64,000 bases of DNA from Nitrospirota bacterium (GCA_021789595.1 JAJYJJ010000009.1:1274-65273), one strand, 5' to 3'. Positions 18,719 to 28,071 are shown, counted from the stretch's first letter. Numbers and translations are program-made. Notes: generated from the letters alone by a model not told the origin.

Positions 18719-20797
18719 ATGAATATCCATTCGATAGCATCACTTATAGCCTTCTTAGTGTGCACATCGCTGTCTGCCTTTGTATTTTTTAGAGGTAGGA
18801 GAAGCAATGTACACAATGGATTTATCATAGTTACTCAGCTGACAGGTATATGGTCTCTTTTCCCATTTCTGATACTTAACAATCTTATCCCTGTAAAGCA
18901 AATCCTTCTGGTGAGGGCTGTTTATTTAGCCGCCATATTCGACCCGACAGCCTTTCTTTATTTTTCCTTTGCCCTTGTTGGCATTGAGAACAAGAGGAGG
19001 CCCATTATAATGTTATCTTTACTTATATCATTGATACTGTCAGTATTTGGTTTTAGCCCATTATTTATAAAAGATATCGTTAGGTCGGGGAATCTTGCGT
19101 CCATTACGGTAGGGCCTTTGTACCATCTCTATATGCTTTTCTTTGTGTCTGTCTGCCTCTACACATTTTATAACTTTCTGAGTGCATATAAGGTCTCATA
19201 TGGAATATTAAGAAACCAGTTGGAATATGTATTTATAGGGTTTGGGATTGCTTATATTGGCGGATTGATGCATCTCGCAAATATATATTTTAAATATGAG
19301 CCATTTCCCCATGATTTCCTGATCATTCTTTTTGTTCTAATCATCTATTATGCAATCGTCAAATATCGTCTCATGGACATCGATATAGTCTTCAAAAAAG
19401 GTATCACTTATACAACACTGATAACCCTGACACTGCTTCCGGGTTTTGCCATCATCCTGCTCGCCGAGGACATCTTCTTTGGCCAAATAAATTACCCATT
19501 TTCCATTCTTATTCTCCTTGGACTTATAAGCGGAGCCTTTGCCTTTTATGCCATGCGGTTGAAGACTGAACGGGCTGTTGAAAAGAGGATATTCTCGAAG
19601 AAATATCGCTATCATGAAACCATAATGAGTTTCAGCAAGGATATTATCTCTATCCTCGACCTTGATGAACTTTTAAAGAGTCTTGATGCTGTGCTGACAA
19701 AGTCGCTTGACACAAGCGAGCTGTCAGTATTCTTGATAAAGGAGGGGAAAGACACCTATGGTCTTGCCCATTCAAGCGCCAAAAGGGATGAGCCAGCCAT
19801 TGTAGGGGATTTAGAAGACATGGGAAGGATATGGTTGAAGGAAGAGCTCACATGGAAAGAAGCCAACATAAAAAGGTTAATGGGCATGATTAATGCGGAA
19901 GTCTTCATACCGCTGAGGTGCAAGGGAAAGGCTATAGGATTTCTTACCCTCGGAGAAAAAAACAACGGTGGGTTTTATTCCTATGAGGAATTAAATATCC
20001 TATCCGCCCTTTCCAATCAGGCAGCCGTTGCCATTGACAATGCAAGGCTTATTAAGGAGCTTGACCGTTCAAAGGACCTCCTGCGCCGTTCAGAACAACT
20101 ATCCCTTATAGGAAATCTTGCAGTAAGAATAGCGCATGAGATAAGAAATCCGCTTGTAGCCATCGGGACATTCATCCAGATGTTGCCATATAAATACAGC
20201 GATCCTGAGTTCAGGGAGAATTTCTATAACATAGCGCTTGAGGAGGTTAACAGGATTAACGACCTCATAACCGAAATGCTCGACCTCACCAAAAATAAGG
20301 TGTCAAGGTTTCAGTCTGAAAATATACACAGGATTATTGAGAAGATGCTCCTGCTTGCATCCCCAAAGGCAAAAGAAAAGGGGATCAGTATCATCAAAAA
20401 ATACGACACGAGTATTCCAAATGTAATGCTAGATGTTGAAAAAATCAAACAGGTATTCCTCAACCTATTTTACAATGCTATTGAATTTAACAGGGAAGGC
20501 GGACAGATAGCGGTGGTTACAAGGCTCATAGATTCTAACAATAACCATTCGGTCCTGAGGGTTGATGTAAAAGATACAGGTATTGGAATACCTGCGGAAA
20601 ACATAGAGAGGATATTCGACCCTTATTTCACGACAAAACATAAAAGTCCTCTTTTTAAAGGTACAGGGCTCGGCCTGTTTATTTCTAATCAGTATATACT
20701 TGAACACATGGGATGGATTCAGGTAGAAAGCACAATAGATAAAGGTACCACATTTGCAGTGCATTTCCCTATAGAAAAAGGAAATGTGGGGGCTTGA
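18719..20797 (+). CDS. sensor histidine kinase (N-terminal ~7TM domain, GAF, HisKA, HATPase_c), no adjacent response regulator
   Basis: 692 aa with multiple N-terminal TM helices, GAF region 'IPLRCKGKAIGFLTLGEKNNGGFYSYEE', H-box 'HEIRNPL' and ATPase motifs 'DTGIGIP...GTGLGL'. Confidence 0.8.
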   Translation: MNIHSIASLIAFLVCTSLSAFVFFRGRRSNVHNGFIIVTQLTGIWSLFPFLILNNLIPVKQILLVRAVYLAAIFDPTAFLYFSFALVGIENKRRPIIMLSLLISLILSVFGFSPLFIKDIVRSGNLASITVGPLYHLYMLFFVSVCLYTFYNFLSAYKVSYGILRNQLEYVFIGFGIAYIGGLMHLANIYFKYEPFPHDFLIILFVLIIYYAIVKYRLMDIDIVFKKGITYTTLITLTLLPGFAIILLAEDIFFGQINYPFSILILLGLISGAFAFYAMRLKTERAVEKRIFSKKYRYHETIMSFSKDIISILDLDELLKSLDAVLTKSLDTSELSVFLIKEGKDTYGLAHSSAKRDEPAIVGDLEDMGRIWLKEELTWKEANIKRLMGMINAEVFIPLRCKGKAIGFLTLGEKNNGGFYSYEELNILSALSNQAAVAIDNARLIKELDRSKDLLRRSEQLSLIGNLAVRIAHEIRNPLVAIGTFIQMLPYKYSDPEFRENFYNIALEEVNRINDLITEMLDLTKNKVSRFQSENIHRIIEKMLLLASPKAKEKGISIIKKYDTSIPNVMLDVEKIKQVFLNLFYNAIEFNREGGQIAVVTRLIDSNNNHSVLRVDVKDTGIGIPAENIERIFDPYFTTKHKSPLFKGTGLGLFISNQYILEHMGWIQVESTIDKGTTFAVHFPIEKGNVGA

Positions 20798-20844
20798 CAT
20801 TGTATCGGCATGAGTGATATAAAGTGGTAAGAGGTTAGTAAGGC

Positions 20845-21111
20845 ATGTTCAGGCTGAAACTTATAATCTTTATACTGCTTGTGTTTCTGCTCTTTATATT
20901 TCCTGTCGGCTTTCTTTTTGCTGACAGAACTGGCGATATTATAGCTGCAGGGACAGCAGGCTATGTCCTTGGATGTGCCAGTGCCCCTCATTATTATGAC
21001 TATTACCCTGCGCCTTACTACTATGTCCCCCCTCCCCCACCTCCTGGTTACTATTACTATTATGCGCCGCCACCAGTGCCGCCACCTGGCATATATTATT
21101 ACGGTTATTAG
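20845..21111 (+). CDS. small membrane/secreted protein with Tyr/Pro-rich C-terminal tail
   Basis: 88 aa. Hydrophobic N-terminus 'LKLIIFILLVFLLFIFPVGFLFA', then 'HYYDYYPAPYYYVPPPPPPGYYYYYAPPPVPPPGIYYYGY'. The antisense ORF 20719..21117 has no such features. Confidence 0.35.
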   Translation: MFRLKLIIFILLVFLLFIFPVGFLFADRTGDIIAAGTAGYVLGCASAPHYYDYYPAPYYYVPPPPPPGYYYYYAPPPVPPPGIYYYGY

Positions 21112-21176
21112 CCGCATAACCCTAAAAGGGTACGAGTGATAACCTATCTTGTATATTACACTGAGGAGATGATCTT

Positions 21177-22022
21177 ATGGTTATGTTGAACCTTGATTTA
21201 AAGCCTGAGGATTTTACCATTCCTCCCCATGACAACATGGAAGACTTTCACGGTGACTTAAATAATCCTGACATAGTTATTTTCCTTAACGGCAACCAGT
21301 GGATGATAATGAAAGAGTTGCTTGCCGCTTTTCAGCAGGAACATCCAGAAATCAAGAATATCTTTTATGAGACTATCCCGCCTGGAATACTCTTAAAGCA
21401 GATTCGTCACGGCGCCCTGAAGGTTGGGGAGCTGGTTATCAGTGTGCCGCCTGATATCTATACAGCAGGCAGAGAGGAGATGGACTCTCTGTTAAACGAT
21501 GGCTTTATCAAAGAGTATGTTCCTTACGCGAAAAACCATCTGGCTATCATGGTGCCCGAAGGGAACCCGAAGGAGATCACGGGCTGGCGCGATTTAGGGC
21601 GTCCGGGAATCCGGGTGGTTATGCCCAATCCGGTAACGGAAGGTGTCGGTCGTCTGGCACTCAAGGCCATGGAAAAAGCAGAAGGACGTGAACTTGTGGA
21701 GACCGTTATGGGGGAAAAGTTGACCGATGGAGAGACCTTCCTTACCCATATCCACCATCGCCAGACTCTCCTTCTTCTCATGGATGGAACGGCAGATGCC
21801 GGGCCGGTATGGATCAGCGAAGCGCTTTATCAAAAGAGGATAGGAAGCCCTCTGGACTATGTGCCCATCCCGGAAGGACAGAATCAGAGCGGCACATATT
21901 TCATCGCCATCGTAGAGAAGACCGTGCAGCACAGGGTCGCGGCAGAGGCATTTCTTGACTTCATGAGGAGCAGGCAGGCTCAGGATATATATGCCGGCTA
22001 CGGCTTTAGCAGCGCGAATTAA
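21177..22022 (+). CDS. ModA/WtpA-like periplasmic-binding-fold protein (molybdate/tungstate type) lacking a signal peptide
   Basis: 281 aa resembling the ModA N-lobe ('IVIFLNGNQWMIMKELLAAFQQ...ETIPPGILLKQIRHGA'). No N-terminal signal peptide. GC content is locally high. Confidence 0.45.
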   Translation: MVMLNLDLKPEDFTIPPHDNMEDFHGDLNNPDIVIFLNGNQWMIMKELLAAFQQEHPEIKNIFYETIPPGILLKQIRHGALKVGELVISVPPDIYTAGREEMDSLLNDGFIKEYVPYAKNHLAIMVPEGNPKEITGWRDLGRPGIRVVMPNPVTEGVGRLALKAMEKAEGRELVETVMGEKLTDGETFLTHIHHRQTLLLLMDGTADAGPVWISEALYQKRIGSPLDYVPIPEGQNQSGTYFIAIVEKTVQHRVAAEAFLDFMRSRQAQDIYAGYGFSSAN

Positions 22023-22101
22023 ATTTTCAATTACTACTTGCAAAGCCTGTTATGCGAGGGAAATTGTATGAGGGCGCATTCAAATCGTCAGGAGGATATG
22101 G

Positions 22102-22335
22102 ATGAGACCCGATTCACCGTTTTATTTACGGAGTTTTGAAGTGCTTAAAAAATCAGCTTTATTCTCAAGACTCGATGAGGATGTCCTCAAGGAAATGTTT
22201 CTGATTTTCAGGCATCAAGAATGGGAGAAAAAACAGGTTGTTATGGAGCCCGCTCAAACAGTCGAGCAGGGGTTATTTAGAGATCAAAGACCTGCATGCC
22301 CTGATAAGAAAAATAGAAGAACACCTGCATTTTAA
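22102..22335 (+). pseudogene. Crp/Fnr-family cNMP-binding domain fragment (N-terminal ~45 aa only)
   Basis: 'LRSFEVLKKSALFSRLDEDVLKEMFLIFRHQEWEKKQVV' is a typical Crp effector-domain start. The rest of the ORF is unrelated read-through with no HTH. Confidence 0.4.
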
Positions 22336-22486
22336 TAAAGATAGAGATAGAAACAATGAGAAAGGATAAGGTATGTAACTTAAGTAGTAGAAGTGATCGA
22401 GAAAAACAGGTATGCTTTAAATAGGTTTCCCAAACGGCTCATTGGGCCTGACAAAAAAGTTAACCATTAAAAAGCAGGAGATGCAC

Positions 22487-22600
22487 CATGTCAAAGGGAA
22501 AAATGTAGCTGTTGCTATATTCAATACTCACGGTGAGGCCGAAAATGCCGTGTGCGTCTGGCTCAGAGGCGAAAGGAGGTGATGGCAGTCCTCGTCGAAA
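22487..22600 (+). pseudogene. 5' fragment of a paralog of the gene at 23629 (YflT-like stress protein), interrupted by a stop
   Basis: DNA encodes 'MSKGK-*-VAVAIFNTHGEAENAV' versus 'MSEKNLAVAIFNTHTEAEDAV' at 23629. The nucleotide-level similarity is seen directly. Confidence 0.4.
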
Positions 22601-22653
22601 AATAGAGTAAGCAGCAGGTGTCTCAGATGTTAATTCAACCCAAGGAGGAAGCT

Positions 22654-22992
22654 ATGTTCAAGAAAATCGTAGTAGTTGGAATTGCCGTGCTCATGGTTAG
22701 CGGTGCAGCGTTTGCTGCGGACAAGAGTAACAAGATCGCCAAGAGTGACAAGAAGACCCAACATCATCTTTCGAAGATGAAATGCGAAGATTTTCTCATG
22801 CTTGATGAGACGATCAGGCCCAAAGTCGTTTATTATGGGGTCGCATACGCACGCGGCGGCAAGCCGGAAGGCGCCGTGATCGACATCGAAAGAACAGAAA
22901 AGATCACGCCTATAATCGTTGATGAATGCAAGAAAGAGCCAAAAGCGTCCTTCTGGCAGAAACTCAAGGCGGAAGTCAAGAAAATCTTCTAA
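22654..22992 (+). CDS. HdeA/HdeB-family periplasmic acid-stress chaperone
   Basis: Signal peptide 'MFKKIVVVGIAVLMVSGAAFA'. 'CEDFLMLDETIRPKVVYYGVAYARGGKPEGAVIDIERTEKITPIIVDEC' matches the E. coli HdeA core ('CEDFLAVDESFQPTAV...KPEDAVLDV...VTPAIVQAC') including both Cys. The ATG at 22654 is preceded by AAGGAGG. Confidence 0.6.
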   Translation: MFKKIVVVGIAVLMVSGAAFAADKSNKIAKSDKKTQHHLSKMKCEDFLMLDETIRPKVVYYGVAYARGGKPEGAVIDIERTEKITPIIVDECKKEPKASFWQKLKAEVKKIF

Positions 22993-23026
22993 ACTCTCAA
23001 TGTAAAGAAAAAAAGGAGCACACCCT

Positions 23027-23518
23027 ATGAAACCATATCAACTGATTGCGGCCAGCGCGCTGGCACTTATGGTCCTGGCCGGTTGCACCACCACCGGCAT
23101 GGGGCGCGGAGAAATGACCGACAAAGGAAAACCCACCGAGCCCGTTCTGTTCAGTTGGAAAAGCACGGACGGGGGGCTGTCCGGCTCGATGGTGGCCACA
23201 CTGCCCGACGCGACCTACACAGGTAAGTTCTTTCAGATTACCCGTCAGACGCAGCGCGAAACCCTTGCTCCGCTGTGGAACGGCTGGAACGCAGGATGGT
23301 ACGACTGGCCGTACTGGAGCCAGCCTTATCCGGCCACGTACGATGCGACGCAGTTCATTACGTACTACAGCGGCAAAGTGGTTGCCAATCTTGAAACCAA
23401 CGGCGGCCAGCGCATGCGCTGCCGCTTCCATCTTGCCAATCCGACAAGCGGTATGGCTGATGGCGGCCAAGGCGAGTGTCAACTCTCCGGCGGTCGAATC
23501 ATTAACGCAACATTTTAA
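23027..23518 (+). CDS. lipoprotein of unknown function (Trp/Tyr-rich)
   Basis: Lipobox 'LAGC' after a signal peptide. 163 aa in GC-rich DNA. No recognisable domain. Confidence 0.5.
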   Translation: MKPYQLIAASALALMVLAGCTTTGMGRGEMTDKGKPTEPVLFSWKSTDGGLSGSMVATLPDATYTGKFFQITRQTQRETLAPLWNGWNAGWYDWPYWSQPYPATYDATQFITYYSGKVVANLETNGGQRMRCRFHLANPTSGMADGGQGECQLSGGRIINATF

Positions 23519-23628
23519 TCCTTAATTGATAACAAGAAAGAAGGAGGTGGTCAACGACGACGTAGTCAATCGACATATAGTCACGCCATAAATAATAGCA
23601 GTAAAATCACAAAAAAAGGAGGTACACT

Positions 23629-24144
23629 ATGTCAGAGAAAAATTTGGCTGTAGCTATTTTCAACACCCACACTGAGGCTGAGGATGCTGTCAAGGAACTC
23701 CAGAAATCCGGCTTCGATATGAAGAAGCTGTCCATCGTAGGCAAGGACTATCATTCTGAAGAGCATGTGGTAGGCTATTACAATACGGGTGACCGTGTCA
23801 AATACTGGGGAAAGTTGGGGGCCTTCTGGGGTGGATTATGGGGATTCCTTTTCGGTTCCGCGTTCTTTTTCATTCCCGGGATTGGCCCCATCGTTGTAGG
23901 CGGTCCGTTGGTGTCGTGGATCATTGGCGCGCTTGAAGGTGCCGCTATTGTGGGTGGAATGAGCGCCGTTGGAGCAGCGTTATACGGTATCGGCATTCCA
24001 AAAGACAGCGTCCTCAAATATGAGACTTCTCTGAAGGCGAACAAGTTCCTGTTGGTTGCGCACGGGACGGGGGAAGAAGCGGAAAAGGCAAAAAAGATTT
24101 TAGAGACGACTAATGCAGTTGAGACAGCAATTCATCACGCTTAA
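23629..24144 (+). CDS. general-stress-protein 17M (YflT)-like N-domain fused to a glycine-zipper membrane hairpin
   Basis: 171 aa. N-terminal 'LAVAIFNTHTEAEDAVKELQKSGFDMKKLSIVGKD', then 'GAFWGGLWGFLFGSAFFFIPGIGPIVVGGPLVSWIIGALEGAAIVGG'. Confidence 0.45.
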   Translation: MSEKNLAVAIFNTHTEAEDAVKELQKSGFDMKKLSIVGKDYHSEEHVVGYYNTGDRVKYWGKLGAFWGGLWGFLFGSAFFFIPGIGPIVVGGPLVSWIIGALEGAAIVGGMSAVGAALYGIGIPKDSVLKYETSLKANKFLLVAHGTGEEAEKAKKILETTNAVETAIHHA

Positions 24145-24159
24145 AAACGGAGGTATTGA

Positions 24160-24193
24160 AATACGAACAGGCTGTTTAAAAACCCTGTTGTGT
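24160..24193. promoter_or_regulatory. perfect 12-bp inverted repeat gtgtcattgcga-N10-tcgcaatgacac between the stress gene and the cytochrome operon
   Basis: Seen directly in sequence. No downstream U-tract, so it is either an operator or an RNA hairpin. Confidence 0.35.
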
Positions 24194-24242
24194 CATTGCG
24201 AGGAGCAATTTTCGCAATGACACAATCTATGAGGAGAACATT

Positions 24243-25118
24243 ATGGAAAAAAATAAGGTTATATTTGCCCTTGGGATAATTATCATTTTTGCCATTGTAG
24301 GCGCCGGCATCTCCATCGTATTCGGCAGATTTGTCAGCTTCAGCAACATCTCCAGCGTTGTTGCGGCCTCGGAAAAAACCGATGTAGCCGTACAGACGGG
24401 TATGGCAATCACAGATGCAGGCGGCGCAATCGCCTTTAACCCGCCCTCTGTCCAGGATGCGCCGGCAAACATAAAGGACGCGGTCATGCTCGGTCACAAC
24501 ATCCTGACGGATACCCGGAAATATGCGGGTCAATACGTTGGGAACAAGCTCGACTGTTCAAACTGTCATTTCAAGGGGGGCATGACCCAAGGCGGGAAAA
24601 ACGGAGGCCTCTCGCTTGTGGGAGTGGGTGCAACCTATCCCCAGTACAAGAAGAGACAGAACTATTCCGTGGACCTCGTGACACGAACAAATGACTGTTT
24701 TGAAAGGAGCATGAACGGCAAACCCTTGCCCGCTGACAGCCGGGAAATGATAGCTATAGTCACATATTATCAGTGGATATCAAAAGGACTGCCCATATAT
24801 GCCGATATCCCCTGGTTGGGGGTGAAACACCTCAAGAGTGGTCATAAGCCGGATGAGGTAAAGGGGAAGCAGGTCTTTGCAGACAAATGCGCCATGTGCC
24901 ACGGCAATAACGGCCAGGGAACCCCGGCGGCGCCGCCTCTGTGGGGAAAGGATTCCTTTAACGATGGCGCGGGTATGCATAAGCTGGAAAACCTTGCAGC
25001 CTTTGCCTATAAAAATATGCCAAGGGGAAATCCTGACCTTACCCCTGAAGATGCCCTGGATGTAGCAGCGTTTGTTACAACCCAGCCAAGACCTCATTTT
25101 GTGCCCAGAAAGGGATAG
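24243..25118 (+). CDS. membrane-anchored dihaem cytochrome c, TsdA/SoxA-like (thiosulfate dehydrogenase family candidate)
   Basis: N-terminal TM anchor and two CxxCH motifs (CSNCH, CAMCH). 'YVGNKLDCSNCH' and a free Cys in 'TNDCFERSMNG' resemble the TsdA haem-1 region with its Cys ligand (recalled from memory). Confidence 0.5.
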   Translation: MEKNKVIFALGIIIIFAIVGAGISIVFGRFVSFSNISSVVAASEKTDVAVQTGMAITDAGGAIAFNPPSVQDAPANIKDAVMLGHNILTDTRKYAGQYVGNKLDCSNCHFKGGMTQGGKNGGLSLVGVGATYPQYKKRQNYSVDLVTRTNDCFERSMNGKPLPADSREMIAIVTYYQWISKGLPIYADIPWLGVKHLKSGHKPDEVKGKQVFADKCAMCHGNNGQGTPAAPPLWGKDSFNDGAGMHKLENLAAFAYKNMPRGNPDLTPEDALDVAAFVTTQPRPHFVPRKG

Positions 25119-25126
25119 GAGGATTT

Positions 25127-26482
25127 ATGCAGTTTCCCATCTTTCAGGTACCGCATTTAGGCAACGGCATGACAATCGCACTGGATGCAGTGCTGCATGT
25201 GATCATAAGCCACGGACTGGCTATCGGCGCAATAACGCTCATCGTAATAAGTGAATACATGGGATTTAAGAAGTCTTCCCAGGACTGGGAAAATTTTGCA
25301 AAGGACTTTCTGAAATTCACCATTATAATCACCACAGGTGTCGGAGCGGTAACGGGAGTCGGCATATGGCTTATTACCAGCGCCCTTTCACCCCTTGGCA
25401 TAGGCTCTATGCTTCGTGTCTTTTTCTGGCCATGGTTTATTGAATGGATGATATTCACCAGTGAGGTGATTTTTCTTCTCCTCTACTACTTTACCTGGGA
25501 TAAATGGACAAGTGAGAGGAAGAAGCAGCATATTTATCTGGGAGCCGGCTATACCATTTTCGCTCTTTCCTCTGCCTTTCTGATTACAGGTATACTGGGT
25601 TTTATGCTTACTTCTGATGGCTGGCCCTGGGATAAAAGTATCTTATCTGCTTTTTTTAATCCAAGTTACCTACCTCAACTGCTATTGAGGATAGGTATTG
25701 CTTTAGCGCTTGGTACCGTATTCTCTGTGGCATTTCTTCTTTTTACCAGAAGGGAAAGTGGCTTCCGCAAAGAAGCCCTGAACTTTTTCGGAAAGGTTGC
25801 CCTGCTTTCATTATCGGCAACGGTTATATTCACCTGGTGGTATTTCAGCGTCGTCCCTTCATCGTTCAAAACCCACGCTAAATTTGCTGCCCTGACTTCC
25901 CACTTTTCCCAGCAACCTGAAATTTTCTGGATTGCGAATATTACCGCTGCTTTCCTGTTGTTCGTGTTAGCCCTGTCTGCCATGAGAGGTTCCACCCTTC
26001 TGGTTAAAATTCTCATTCTCCCTGCAATTTTGATATCCATGGGTTTTGTAAGTGAATTTGAACGTATAAGGGAGTTCATCAGAGGTCCTTACCTCATGCC
26101 GGGTTACATGTATGCTAATCAGGTATTGTTGAAGGAGACCCCCGTATTGGACAAAGAGGGGTTATTGAAGAATGCATACTGGTATAATTCAATCACAAAG
26201 AGACCTGATGTAGTGAATCAGGGCGCATACCTCTTTGCACAGAACTGTTCAGCATGCCATACCATCGGAGGAATTAATGACATTGCAAAGAGGGTGCAGG
26301 GAAGGACAGAGGATGGAATCTTTGTCATCCTCGGCCATACCCATGATATGGTTCCCTTCATGCCTCCTTTTTCAGGGACAGAGCAGGAGCGGAGGGTAAT
26401 GGCAAGCTTTCTCTATAAGCTATCAACGGGAAGGCTCAAAATGGGTGCACCTTCCCGTTTTACACCAGGGAGGTGGGAATGA
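25127..26482 (+). CDS. CydA-like (cytochrome bd subunit I N-terminal half-like) membrane domain fused to a C-terminal monohaem cytochrome c
   Basis: TM1 His 'DAVLHVIISHGLAIG', 'GVGAVTGVGIW' and 'FTSEVIFLLLYYFTWDKW' parallel CydA 'MYHFLFVPLTLG', 'GVATGLTMEF' and 'FLESTFVGLFFFGWDRL'. The C-terminal 'CSACH...MPPF' is a class I cytochrome c domain. Confidence 0.5.
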   Translation: MQFPIFQVPHLGNGMTIALDAVLHVIISHGLAIGAITLIVISEYMGFKKSSQDWENFAKDFLKFTIIITTGVGAVTGVGIWLITSALSPLGIGSMLRVFFWPWFIEWMIFTSEVIFLLLYYFTWDKWTSERKKQHIYLGAGYTIFALSSAFLITGILGFMLTSDGWPWDKSILSAFFNPSYLPQLLLRIGIALALGTVFSVAFLLFTRRESGFRKEALNFFGKVALLSLSATVIFTWWYFSVVPSSFKTHAKFAALTSHFSQQPEIFWIANITAAFLLFVLALSAMRGSTLLVKILILPAILISMGFVSEFERIREFIRGPYLMPGYMYANQVLLKETPVLDKEGLLKNAYWYNSITKRPDVVNQGAYLFAQNCSACHTIGGINDIAKRVQGRTEDGIFVILGHTHDMVPFMPPFSGTEQERRVMASFLYKLSTGRLKMGAPSRFTPGRWE

Positions 26483-28071
26483 ATAGCCTCTTCGACATAA
26501 TGCTCTCAAAACCGCTTCCGGATGCGTGGCTCCGTGGTCTCCTTTTTGCCTCCTTCACCCTTCATATGGTATTTGTTCTCTTAACTTTAGGGACTGCCAT
26601 CCTTTCTGTTTACTATTTTATTGATGCCCGATGGACCGGTAAACCGGAAGAGTTGCGTATGGATAAGAGGATATTAAAGACCTTCATGGCCCACAAGAGC
26701 CTGGCAGTGGTGCTGGGAGTTGCACCATTGCTTCTGATCCAGATCGGCTTTACCGTCCCCTTCTTTACCGGGGTTAATCTACTTGCGCCTTTATGGATGT
26801 TAGTCATTGTATTTCTGGTAGTGGCATTTTTGTCCTTTGATGCCCTGGGGCACAAAATGTATGTGCACCCTTATTTACATCTGGTTTTTGGCATCATTGC
26901 CCTCCTCCTTCTCCTTGCAGTTCCTGCAGTATTCGTCGGGATTCTGGTGGTGGCAGAAAATCCGGAAAAGTGGTTAACAATAATCAGTAGTGGCTATAAG
27001 CTAAGGGGTTCCTTAGCCTTACACTGGCTTTTCAGATACCTGCATGTCCTCGGGGCTGCGGTTGTATTCGGTGCAGCATTTCATTATTTCTTCTCAGCAA
27101 AAGATGAAACCGAAAAGAGGTCACTGCTTAAATGGATCATTGCCGGGATATTGCTTCAGATCATCCTCGGCACAACGCTCTACAGTTCTTTATTAGAAAA
27201 ACCTGATTACATCACCAATGCTTCATTATTTATTGGCGTCGTCGGTGTCGCATTATTATTGTGGATAATTTATCTCAATGTGGGTAAAAAGAGCACTTTA
27301 GATATCAGAACAGTACTACCTCTCTTAATGCTCATACTTATACCAATGCTTTTAGCAAGACAATTTATTCAGTATAAGAAGTTTCTGCCCCTTGAAAAAC
27401 AGTTACAGGCAAACGCTCAAGCTTACCAAAAAGAATTGCAGCCCTATTCCCAGGAAGCCCTTAATAAATATAAAGACGATTTAAAAGTGGTCTATGACAA
27501 TGGCGAGACCATATATTCAAAGAGCTGTGCCTTCTGTCACGGAGAAAAGGCGGATGGTATCGGACCAGAAGCAAAAAACCTTACAATCCCTCCGGAAGAC
27601 ATATCGGCTATAAGAACCACAAGAACGCATCTTCATAAGATACTAGTCGAAGGCGTTTCGGGCTCTGCCATGCCTTACTTTACTTTTTTTGATAGGTATA
27701 AAATAGACAGCTTGATCGATTATCTGGATAAAAAATATCATGTTCTAAGTTTACCTGAACCTCTTCCTGTTAAAATCTCTGATACAGCATTGCAACAGGC
27801 CCAGAAAATTTATAATGAAACCTGCTCCGGGTGTCATGGAATGGATGGCAGAGGTTCAGCGCTTTCAAAAGGTTTTCAGCCCCAGCCTCCGGACTTTACC
27901 GTTTACAGCTTATCGCCTAAGAGGGCCTTTGATGTCATAACAAAAGGTTATCCAGGGACTGCGATGCCATCATTTAGCAACCTGCCGGAAGAGGTCCGAT
28001 GGAGCCTGGTAAAAATTATTAATGACAAAAGAATCCCTGAACTGACAGGAAGGGGAAAGATAAGAAAATGA
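26473..28071 (+). CDS. second CydA-like membrane domain fused to a C-terminal CcoP-like dihaem cytochrome c
   Basis: TM1 'FTLHMVFVLLTLGTAIL' (cf. CydA 'YHFLFVPLTLGMAFL') and 'APLWML...FLSFDALGHKMY'. C-terminus has 'CAFCH...GSAMP' and 'CSGCH...GTAMPSF' haem sites. The start overlaps the previous stop by 10 bp. Confidence 0.5.
   Translation: MGMNSLFDIMLSKPLPDAWLRGLLFASFTLHMVFVLLTLGTAILSVYYFIDARWTGKPEELRMDKRILKTFMAHKSLAVVLGVAPLLLIQIGFTVPFFTGVNLLAPLWMLVIVFLVVAFLSFDALGHKMYVHPYLHLVFGIIALLLLLAVPAVFVGILVVAENPEKWLTIISSGYKLRGSLALHWLFRYLHVLGAAVVFGAAFHYFFSAKDETEKRSLLKWIIAGILLQIILGTTLYSSLLEKPDYITNASLFIGVVGVALLLWIIYLNVGKKSTLDIRTVLPLLMLILIPMLLARQFIQYKKFLPLEKQLQANAQAYQKELQPYSQEALNKYKDDLKVVYDNGETIYSKSCAFCHGEKADGIGPEAKNLTIPPEDISAIRTTRTHLHKILVEGVSGSAMPYFTFFDRYKIDSLIDYLDKKYHVLSLPEPLPVKISDTALQQAQKIYNETCSGCHGMDGRGSALSKGFQPQPPDFTVYSLSPKRAFDVITKGYPGTAMPSFSNLPEEVRWSLVKIINDKRIPELTGRGKIRK

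Noticed and set aside
20719-21117. 132-aa minus-strand ORF antisense to the Tyr/Pro-rich gene
   Set aside because: The translation is Arg/Trp/Val low-complexity ('RWRHWWRRIIVIVTRRWGRGDIVVRRRVIVIIMRG'), which is the mirror image of the Y/P repeat. It has no start context.
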